This document shows positions 35,595-42,899 of a stretch of 64,000 nucleotides of DNA, piece by piece (the stretch's first letter is position 1; every line of letters begins with the position of its first letter). The stretch is from Nannocystis sp. GTDB lineage: Bacteria; Myxococcota_A; Polyangia; Nannocystales; Nannocystaceae. A program made the position numbers and the translations under genes. The DNA is taken from the NCBI RefSeq assembly GCF_016717175.1, contig NZ_JADKFZ010000003.1; one strand, written 5' to 3'. The notes below the pieces were generated by a model. That model had not been told where the DNA came from. It ran no database searches and worked only from the letters and a program-made list of their open reading frames with translations.

Positions 35595-36755
35595 GTGGCC
35601 GGCCTCTACGTCCACGTCCCGTTCTGCGCCCGCGCCTGTCCCTACTGCGACTTCGACTTCCAGGTCGGTCGCCGCCCCGACGCTGTGGCCTTCATTGCTG
35701 GCCTTGGCTGTGAGCTGGCTGCCCGCAAGGACATGTCCCCGGAGACAGGTGTCATCCCGCCCGGCGACGCCTGGCCGACCGTCTACCTCGGCGGCGGCAC
35801 CCCGAGCCTGCTCGGCGTCGACGGCCTGCGCGCGCTCGCGGCCTTCATCGCGGCCAACTTCCCCGGCGCTGGCCGTGGCCCGGGCTCCGAGTACACCGTC
35901 GAGGTCAACCCGGAGCACGGCGACCCGGCCCTGTTCGCCGCGATCGCCGGCTTCGGCGGCACCCGCGTCTCGCTCGGCGTCCAGACCCTCGACCCCCACG
36001 GCCTCGCCGCCCTCGGTCGCGTCCACAGCCGCACGCGCGCCCTCGCGGCGCTCAGCGACGCCCGCAGCGCCGGCCTCGATATCAGCGCCGACCTCATCGT
36101 CGGCTGGCCCGGACAGACGCTCGCCAGCCTCCGCGCCGACGTGACCGCGATCGTCGATTCGGGCGCCCGCCACGTCTCGATCTACGGCCTCACGATCGAG
36201 GCCGGGACCCCGTGGGAGACCCTGGTCCGCCGCGGCAAGCGGCGCCTCCCCGACCCCGAGCACCAGACCGACCTCCTGCTCGCCGCGGGCGAGGCCCTGT
36301 GCGCCGCCGGCCTCGAGCACTACGAGGTCGCCAGCTACGCCGCCCCCGGCCAGCGCGCCCGCCACAACCTCGGCTACTGGACCTGGCGCGACTACCTCGG
36401 CCTCGGACCCTCGGCCCACTCTGCCGTGTACGCCGACGACGGCTCGGTCATCCGCCGCGGCAACCGCCGCGGCCTCGGCCCCTGGAGCGCCGACCCCGGG
36501 ATCGCCGGCGAGCTCGATCCACAGGCCCCGCTCGCCGCCGCCGCCGAGGGCCTGTGGACCGGCCTGCGCCACCTCCCGGGCCTCGATCTCGCCGCCTTCC
36601 TGGCCCGCTTCCCCGCCGTCGATCGCGCCTGGATCGCCGCCCGCACGCTGCGGCAGGTCGCCCGCGGCAACCTCGAGCTCGGCGACGCCTGCCTGCGCGT
36701 CGCCCCCGGCCGCTGGCTCTGGCACGACTCGATCGCCGCCGATCTGCTCGCCTGA
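35595..36755 (+). CDS. hemW: Radical-SAM heme chaperone HemW (HemN-like, oxygen-independent coproporphyrinogen oxidase family)
   Basis: ORF 35595..36755 (GTG start). LYVHVPFCARACPYCDF CxxxCxxC radical-SAM motif, GGGTPS. Confidence 0.8.
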   Translation: MAGLYVHVPFCARACPYCDFDFQVGRRPDAVAFIAGLGCELAARKDMSPETGVIPPGDAWPTVYLGGGTPSLLGVDGLRALAAFIAANFPGAGRGPGSEYTVEVNPEHGDPALFAAIAGFGGTRVSLGVQTLDPHGLAALGRVHSRTRALAALSDARSAGLDISADLIVGWPGQTLASLRADVTAIVDSGARHVSIYGLTIEAGTPWETLVRRGKRRLPDPEHQTDLLLAAGEALCAAGLEHYEVASYAAPGQRARHNLGYWTWRDYLGLGPSAHSAVYADDGSVIRRGNRRGLGPWSADPGIAGELDPQAPLAAAAEGLWTGLRHLPGLDLAAFLARFPAVDRAWIAARTLRQVARGNLELGDACLRVAPGRWLWHDSIAADLLA

Positions 36756-36785
36756 GCGCGCGACCCTGGGACTGGCGCGTCCCGC

Positions 36786-37946
36786 TTGATCGCGCTACCA
36801 AGGGCGACGGTGGCAGAGCTGAGTCCCCGACGACAGCGGATCTTGTTCGCGCTGTGTCGCGACTACATCGTGACCGGTCGCCCGGTCGCGTCGGCCAACC
36901 TCACCCAGCACCTCGAGTGCTCCTCGGCCACGATCCGCAACGAGCTCGCCGCGCTCGAGGAGCACGGCCTCCTGCAGCAGCCGCACCACTCCGCCGGGCG
37001 CCTGCCCACCGCCGCGGGCATGCGCCTCTACGTGCGCTCGCTCGGCGCCCTCCCGCCGCTGCGCGCCGAGGTCCGCCGCGCCGTCGACGTCTCCTTCGGC
37101 GAGGTCGTCCAGGGCCCCGAGGGCATGCGCGCCGCGGTCCGCGTGCTCAGCGAGCTGGTCGGCTGCGTCGCCGTCAGCTTCGTCGGCGAGGGCCGCCGCG
37201 GCGTGATGCGCCAGGTCGACCTCGTCCCCGTGCAAGGTCATCGCGCGCTGGTCGTCGTCGGCCTCGCCGACGGCGCCACCCACGTGCACCCGGTCAACCT
37301 CGACCCCAGCCTCGTCGGCGGGCTCGCCGGCGATAAGGGCGGCGCCTCGCTGCTGCGCGTCCAGGAGCGCCTGCGCGGCCTGTGCATCGGCAAGACCCTC
37401 GCCGAGGCCCGCGCCGATCTCACGCGCATGTGGGCCGAGCAAGAGGCCCACCTCGATCGCCTGCTCGCCGAGAGCCTGCGCCTCGGCCTGTGGCTGTGCA
37501 GCGCCGCCGCCCTCGATCCGCTGTGGGTCCAGATCGCCGGCCAGAAGCTGCTCGCCGGCCACAGCGGCACCACCCTCGCGCAGATCCTCAGCCTCTTCGA
37601 CGACTATCACAGCCTCGCGGAGCTGCTGTGTCAGCTGCTCCCGGAGCAGGTCGGCTCGGCCCGCGCCGAGGTCCACGTCGCCGGCGAGGTCCCGGGCACG
37701 GCTGGCCCCGCGGGCGCAGCAGGCCCCGCGGGCGCAGCAGGGCCCGGCGGTCTGTTCATCCGCGACGAGCCGCTCGTGCTCGCGGGGCTTAGCCTGGTCG
37801 GCTGTCGCCTCCACTCGACCGACGACGACGGCCGCAAGACCACCGCCGTCGCGCTGCTGGGCCCCGATCACATGGATTACGAGGCCGTCATTCCTCTGGT
37901 AGAGTACGCCGCCCAGGCACTGGCGGCGCGTACAAGCGAGGGATAG
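36786..37946 (+). CDS. hrcA: Heat-inducible transcription repressor HrcA (a GTG start at 36810 is equally plausible)
   Basis: ORF 36786..37946. N-terminal wHTH (RQRILFALCRDYIVTGRPVAS) and HrcA C-terminal domain. Directly upstream of grpE. Confidence 0.8.
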   Translation: MIALPRATVAELSPRRQRILFALCRDYIVTGRPVASANLTQHLECSSATIRNELAALEEHGLLQQPHHSAGRLPTAAGMRLYVRSLGALPPLRAEVRRAVDVSFGEVVQGPEGMRAAVRVLSELVGCVAVSFVGEGRRGVMRQVDLVPVQGHRALVVVGLADGATHVHPVNLDPSLVGGLAGDKGGASLLRVQERLRGLCIGKTLAEARADLTRMWAEQEAHLDRLLAESLRLGLWLCSAAALDPLWVQIAGQKLLAGHSGTTLAQILSLFDDYHSLAELLCQLLPEQVGSARAEVHVAGEVPGTAGPAGAAGPAGAAGPGGLFIRDEPLVLAGLSLVGCRLHSTDDDGRKTTAVALLGPDHMDYEAVIPLVEYAAQALAARTSEG

Positions 37947-37996
37947 GTCACGTCCCGCTTGCGTGTGCACGGCCGAGTCGCCACAAACGGAGCCGC

Positions 37997-38548
37997 ATGA
38001 GCCAAGCAAGCAACGACCCCGACCAAAGCCCCGACCACTCGGCCGCCGGCATGGCGCTCCTGGACGCCGAGAAGCTCGCCCTGGCCGAGCAGGAGGTCGC
38101 GAGCCTCAAGGACAAGTGGCTCCGCGCCGTCGCCGATCACGAGAACTTCAAGAAGCGCACCCGTCGCGAGATCGACGACGCCGTGTTCCGCGCCCGCCAG
38201 GACCTGCTCAGCAGCTTCTTCCCGACCGCCGACAACCTCGACCGCGCGCTCGAGCTGGCCCGCGGCAACGAGCAGCTGTTCAAGGGCATCGAGATGGTCG
38301 CCCACGAGTTTCGCGGCGCGCTCGCCCGCCACGGCATCGAGCCCGTGCCCACCGTCGGCCACCCCTTCGACCCGGCCCTGCACGAGGCCCTCTCGCAGGT
38401 CGACTCCGCCGACCACGCGCCCGGCACCGTCACCTTCGAGTTCGAACGCGGCTACCGCCAGGGCGATCGCCTCCTGCGCCCCGCTCGCGTGGTGATCGCC
38501 GGCCCCGGCTCGACTGGCTCGCCTGGCAAGGCCGGCCCCGCGGCGTGA
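37997..38548 (+). CDS. grpE: Nucleotide exchange factor GrpE
   Basis: ORF 37997..38548. DKWLRAVADHENFKKRTRRE and the C-terminal beta-domain typical of GrpE. Confidence 0.9.
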   Translation: MSQASNDPDQSPDHSAAGMALLDAEKLALAEQEVASLKDKWLRAVADHENFKKRTRREIDDAVFRARQDLLSSFFPTADNLDRALELARGNEQLFKGIEMVAHEFRGALARHGIEPVPTVGHPFDPALHEALSQVDSADHAPGTVTFEFERGYRQGDRLLRPARVVIAGPGSTGSPGKAGPAA

Positions 38549-38568
38549 TCCATGATCGAGATCCCGCG

Positions 38569-40434
38569 ATGACGAGCAAGCCGGGCCCGATCCTCGGCAT
38601 CGACCTGGGGACCACCAACTCCTGCGTCGCCGTGATGGACGGCGGCGAGGCGCGCGTGCTCGCCAACCGCGAGGGCAGCCGCACCACCCCGAGCGTCGTC
38701 GCCTTCGTCGGCGACGACATCCTCGTCGGCGAGGCCGCCCGCCAGCGCGCCAGCAAAGATCCAGCCGCCACCGTGTTCGCCGCCAAGCGCCTCATCGGCC
38801 GCAAGTTCGCCGAGGTCGAGGCCGTGCGCCGCGGGCTGCCTTACACCGTCGTCGCCGCGGCCAACGGCGACGCCTGGGCCGAAGTCCACGGCCGCCGCCG
38901 CTCACCCAGCCAGATCTCCGCGCAGGTGCTCGCGTACCTCAAGGACGCCGCCGCCGACGCGCTCGGCGAGCCGGTCACCCGCGCCATCATCACCGTCCCC
39001 GCCTACTTCGACGACGCCCAGCGCCAGGCCACCCGCGACGCCGGCACCATCGCCGGCCTCCGCGTCGAGCGCATCCTCAGCGAGCCCACCGCCGCCGCCC
39101 TCGCTTACGGCCTCCATGACCGCAAGGACAGGCCGCCCCAGATCGTCGCCGTCTACGACCTCGGCGGCGGCACCTTCGACGTCTCCCTGCTCGAGCTGCG
39201 CAGCGGCGCCTTCGAGGTCCTCGCCACCGCCGGCGACTCGCAGCTCGGCGGCGAGGACTTCGACAGCGCCGTCGTCGATCACATCGCCGACCTGTTCCAG
39301 CGCGAGCACGGCGTCGATCTGCGCAGCGATCGCGCCGCCCTCGCGCGCCTGCGTGACGCCGCCCAGCGGGCCAAGCACGAGCTCAGCTGGGCCCTCGCCA
39401 CCGAGCTGAACCTGCCCTTCATCGCCGCCGTCGACGGCCAGCCGCTGCACCTCGCGCTCACGCTCACCCGCCGCGAACTCGAGCGCCTCACGCGGCCGCT
39501 GATCGATCGCAGCCTCGGCCCCTGTCGCCGCGTCCTCGCCGACGCCGGCCTGCGCCGCGACCAGGTCGAGGAGGTCCTGCTGGTCGGCGGCCAGACCCGC
39601 ATGCCCGCGGTCGTCGAGGCCGTGGCCGAGTGCTTCGGCCGCCAGCCCAGCACCGCCCACAACCCCGACGAGGTCGTGGCGATCGGCGCCGCGATCCAGG
39701 GCGCCGTCCTGGCCGGCGAGCTCGCCGACCTCGTCCTGCTCGACGTCGTCCCGCTCAGCATCGGCGTCGAGACCCAGGGCGGCGTGTTCTCGGTGCTGAT
39801 CCCCCGCAACACCCCGATCCCCACCCGCCGCACCGAGACCTTCAGCACCAGCGTCGACAACCAATCGATCGTGCACGTGCACGTGCTCCAGGGTCTGCGC
39901 GAGATGGCCGAGGACAACCGCAGCCTCGCCCGCCTGCAGCTCACCGACATCCCGCCCGCCCCGCGCGGCGCCCCGCAGATCCAGGTCCGCTTCGAGCTCG
40001 ACGCCGACGCGATCCTCCGCGTCAGCGCCCGCGAGCTGCTCAGCGGCAAGGAGGCCGCGATCGTCGCCCAGCCCGCCTCCGGCCTGACCCGCGCCGAGGT
40101 CCAGGCGCTCGCCCAGGAGGCCGAGGACGCCCGCCAGCACGACCTCTCCCGCCGCGCCATCGTCGAGACGCGCAACCGCTGCGAGACCCTCGCCTACGCC
40201 TGCGAGCGCGCCCTCGAGGGCTACGGCGAGGGCCTCCCCGCCGCCGTCCGCGAGTCGGTGCAGCGCGACGTCGCGGCCCTGCGCGGGCTGCTCGGTGACC
40301 ATGCGGGCGCCCGCGGCGGCCCCGAGCTGCAAGCCGCCTTCGCCGCGCTCGAGCGATCGTCCCGCCAGATCTACGCCGCGATGCTCGGCGACGCCGAGAC
40401 ACCCGCCCTGCTCGCCGAGGGGTCCCGCGAATGA
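38569..40434 (+). CDS. dnaK: Hsp70-family chaperone (DnaK-like, 622 aa, short C-terminal lid)
   Basis: Internal ATG (38569) of ORF 37963..40434. [25 protein letters not shown], Hsp70 signatures. Its last 16 codons lie in copy 1 of the 74-bp repeat. Confidence 0.8.
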   Translation: MTSKPGPILGIDLGTTNSCVAVMDGGEARVLANREGSRTTPSVVAFVGDDILVGEAARQRASKDPAATVFAAKRLIGRKFAEVEAVRRGLPYTVVAAANGDAWAEVHGRRRSPSQISAQVLAYLKDAAADALGEPVTRAIITVPAYFDDAQRQATRDAGTIAGLRVERILSEPTAAALAYGLHDRKDRPPQIVAVYDLGGGTFDVSLLELRSGAFEVLATAGDSQLGGEDFDSAVVDHIADLFQREHGVDLRSDRAALARLRDAAQRAKHELSWALATELNLPFIAAVDGQPLHLALTLTRRELERLTRPLIDRSLGPCRRVLADAGLRRDQVEEVLLVGGQTRMPAVVEAVAECFGRQPSTAHNPDEVVAIGAAIQGAVLAGELADLVLLDVVPLSIGVETQGGVFSVLIPRNTPIPTRRTETFSTSVDNQSIVHVHVLQGLREMAEDNRSLARLQLTDIPPAPRGAPQIQVRFELDADAILRVSARELLSGKEAAIVAQPASGLTRAEVQALAQEAEDARQHDLSRRAIVETRNRCETLAYACERALEGYGEGLPAAVRESVQRDVAALRGLLGDHAGARGGPELQAAFAALERSSRQIYAAMLGDAETPALLAEGSRE

Positions 40435-40611
40435 GCTACCAGGATCACCACGCCGTCCTCGGCGACGCCGAGACACCCGCCCTGCTCGCCGAGGGGTCCC
40501 GCGAATGAGCTACCAGGATCACCACGCCGTCCTCGGCGAAACACCCGCCCTGCTCGCCGAGGGGTCCCGCGAATGAGCTACCAGGATCACTACGCCGTCC
40601 TCGGCGTCGCC
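40384..40611. repeat. 74-bp tandem repeat x3 (third copy 68 bp) spanning the dnaK stop / dnaJ start junction (ATGA overlap)
   Basis: Copies at 40384-40457, 40458-40531 and 40532-40599. Each holds ...LLAEGSRE-stop overlapping ATGAGCTACCAGGATCAC (MSYQDH). A ctcggcg(a/t)cgcc microhomology sits at the boundaries. Confidence 0.9.
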
Positions 40612-41679
40612 GCCAACGCATCGCAGGACGAGATCAAGGCCGCCTACCGCCGCCTCGCCCTCGCCACGCACCCCGATCGCCACCCCGACGACCCCGACGC
40701 CGAGGCCCGCTTCCGCGCCATCTCCACCGCCTACGCCGTCCTCAGCGACCCGGCCCAGCGCGCCCGCTACGACACCCAGCGCCTCCTCCCCGAGACCCTG
40801 ATCGGCGGGCAGGGCGGGCAGGGGGTCAGCCTCCAGACCGCGAAGGACCTGCTCGCCGCCGTCGTCGGCGACGTGTTCGGCCGCCAGCGCCGCGAGCGTC
40901 GCCGCGGCCGCGACATCCGCTACACCCTCACCGTCGAGCTCGCCCAGGCCGTCCTCGGCGGCGAGCACGAGATCAACTTCGAGGCCGCCGGCGCCTGCAG
41001 CACCTGCGGCGGCACCGGGGCCCGCCCCGCCGGGCGCCCGCCCATCACCTGTCCCTTGTGCCAGGGTCGCGGCGAGGTCAAGGGCGAGGGCTTTCTGCGC
41101 CGCTACAGCCCGTGCGGCCGCTGCGGCGGCGTCGGCATGATCCAGCAAGATCCCTGCGCGCCCTGCTCCGGCCGCGGCTCGCGGCGGGAGAAGCGGAGCT
41201 TCCACGTGCGCCTCCCGCCCGGCACCGAGTCGGGCGTCGAGAAGCTCGTCGAGGGCCAGGGCGAGCCCGGTCAATTCGGCGGCGCACCCGGGCACCTGCG
41301 GGTCACCATCAACGTCCGCCCGCACCCGTGGCTGCGCCGCGAGGGCCTCGACATCCTCGGCGAGCTCTACGTAAGCCTCGGCGAGGCCGCCCGCGGCGGC
41401 AAGCTCCCGGTGCCCACCCTCACCGGGGTGGCGATGGTCGAGATCCCCGCCGGCGTGACCACCGGCGCCAAGCTGCGCCTGCGTGGCAAGGGCGCCCCCG
41501 CCGAGGCCGGACGTCCCGGCGATCAGATCGTCACCGTCGTGATCGAGACCCCGCGGATCACCACCGCCACCGGCGCCCCCGCGACCCACCTCGCCAGCGC
41601 CCTCGACGCCCTCGAGCGCGCCTTCGAGGCCGATCCCCAGCTGCTCCCGCGTCGCGCCGCCCAGCGCAGCGGCGCCTGA
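40573..41679 (+). CDS. dnaJ: Chaperone DnaJ (J domain, Gly-rich region, CxxCxGxG zinc finger)
   Basis: ORF 40573..41679. YAVLGV...HPDR J-domain. CSTCGGTG/CPLCQGRG/CGRCGGVG/CAPCSGRG repeats. The start lies in copy 3 of the repeat. Confidence 0.9.
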   Translation: MSYQDHYAVLGVAANASQDEIKAAYRRLALATHPDRHPDDPDAEARFRAISTAYAVLSDPAQRARYDTQRLLPETLIGGQGGQGVSLQTAKDLLAAVVGDVFGRQRRERRRGRDIRYTLTVELAQAVLGGEHEINFEAAGACSTCGGTGARPAGRPPITCPLCQGRGEVKGEGFLRRYSPCGRCGGVGMIQQDPCAPCSGRGSRREKRSFHVRLPPGTESGVEKLVEGQGEPGQFGGAPGHLRVTINVRPHPWLRREGLDILGELYVSLGEAARGGKLPVPTLTGVAMVEIPAGVTTGAKLRLRGKGAPAEAGRPGDQIVTVVIETPRITTATGAPATHLASALDALERAFEADPQLLPRRAAQRSGA

Positions 41680-41704
41680 TCAGGCACCCTCAGGTGCTCT
41701 TCAG

Positions 41705-41720
41705 ATGTCCCAAAGGACAG
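41705..41720. promoter_or_regulatory. Palindrome atgtccc-aaa-ggacag 26 nt after the dnaJ stop
   Basis: Third instance of the TGTCCC-N3-GGACAG motif. Confidence 0.35.
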
Positions 41721-41759
41721 CCGCGTTAGCGCTGGCGCGGCGCCATGCTTTGAGGCACC

Positions 41760-42128
41760 TTGCTCGCACGCATGGCAACGGGTGACGCGAACAAGCAGCT
41801 GCAGGAGCTCGAGCAGCTGGCGAGCAACCTCGGCGTGCGCGTCAGCTACGACGCCATGACGGGCCTCAGCCAGGGCGGCGGCGGCCTGTGCAAGGTGCGC
41901 GGCGAGTGGCGCATCATCATGGACAAGCGGCTCAAGGCGGTGGAGCGCATGCAGGTGATCTCCGACGCCCTGCGCTCACGCTTCGACACCGAGGCCCACT
42001 TCGTCTCGCCGCAGGTCCGCAGCATGCTCGCGCCAATGGCTGGCATCCCGGTTGGCATCCCGGTTGGCATCCCGGCTGGCATCCCGGCTGGCATCCCGGT
42101 TGGCGTCCCGGCACCTGCGGGCACCTGA
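41760..42128 (+). CDS. Hypothetical protein ending in a (GIPV/GIPA)x6 repeat
   Basis: ORF 41760..42128. A 12-bp in-frame tandem repeat ggcatcccgg(t/c)t x6 at 42042-42113 encodes the C-terminus. Confidence 0.4.
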   Translation: MLARMATGDANKQLQELEQLASNLGVRVSYDAMTGLSQGGGGLCKVRGEWRIIMDKRLKAVERMQVISDALRSRFDTEAHFVSPQVRSMLAPMAGIPVGIPVGIPAGIPAGIPVGVPAPAGT

Positions 42129-42171
42129 CCCAAAGGTCAGGTCTCTGCCCACCGGAGGTGCCTCCGACGCC

Positions 42172-42543
42172 TCACACGCGCAGGAGATCGGCCAGGGTCG
42201 GATCGCCAGCGAGCAGCGCCTCGACCTCGGCCCGGATCTCGCGCCACAGCGCTGGATCAGCCCCTGCGGGCATCTGCGCCGCGACCACCGCGTCGATCAA
42301 CTGCACGCGCGCCGCCTCAGCGTCGATAGCGCCCGCAGCCAGGGCCTCGCTGATCGACGCCACGGGATCCGCCGCCGCGGCCTCGACCGGGGCCACGCCG
42401 GTGAGCCCGCCGCTCGCCGCGACCTCACCGACCTCCGCGACCGAGTCGACGTCCGCAGCCGGCTGCGCTGCGCCGCTGGGTCCGACGCGCTCAAGCCGGG
42501 GGAGGGGGTCTGGTCCGCTGGGATCGTCGTGCCGGTCTCGCAT
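42172..42543 (-). CDS. Hypothetical acidic Ala-rich protein
   Basis: ORF 42172..42543(-). Plausible composition. No motif recognised. Confidence 0.35.
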   Translation of the reverse strand: MRDRHDDPSGPDPLPRLERVGPSGAAQPAADVDSVAEVGEVAASGGLTGVAPVEAAAADPVASISEALAAGAIDAEAARVQLIDAVVAAQMPAGADPALWREIRAEVEALLAGDPTLADLLRV

Positions 42544-42899
42544 GGGTACGCCTCGCAGACCTTATCATCGGCCGTCGCAGGGGGATCGTTGCAGCCCCGC
42601 GATCGACCACGGCCCGGTCCGGAGCCCGCCCAATCTCACCACGCCCGGCCGGTCGTGGACAAACCCGCGCCAGGTCCCACGTGCGTCCGCAGGGGCCGCG
42701 GCGGGCCAGCGGCCAGCCCCAAAATAGCCTGAGTGCCCCGAATACCCCGCCCTCCTGGCCCGGTTTTCCGGTCGTGGCCAAAGCCTCCCCCAAAGCCTCC
42801 CCCAATGCCTCTTGAAGCGACGAGGACGTTGACTTTTGCCAGGCTTCGGGCTCACATGTTGCAGCCCTACGTCCACGCGCGTACGGGTCGGAGTTCCTG

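Noticed and set aside
36756-36810. Search for a CIRCE element upstream of hrcA, and for a sigma-54 -24/-12 promoter near the activator operon
   Set aside because: No convincing TTAGCACTC-N9-GAGTGCTAA or TGGCAC-N5-TTGCA match was found by eye. tggcaactcgagtttcg at ~59452 and ttggcacgtgccggtagc at ~1551 have the wrong -12 element or spacing. Not reported as features.
40295-40576. ORF ending in two short [11 protein letters not shown]...LLAEGSRE peptides
   Set aside because: These are decoy dnaJ starts created by repeat copies 1 and 2 and run into the dnaK C-terminal codons of the next copy. They are not independent genes, although they could be translated.
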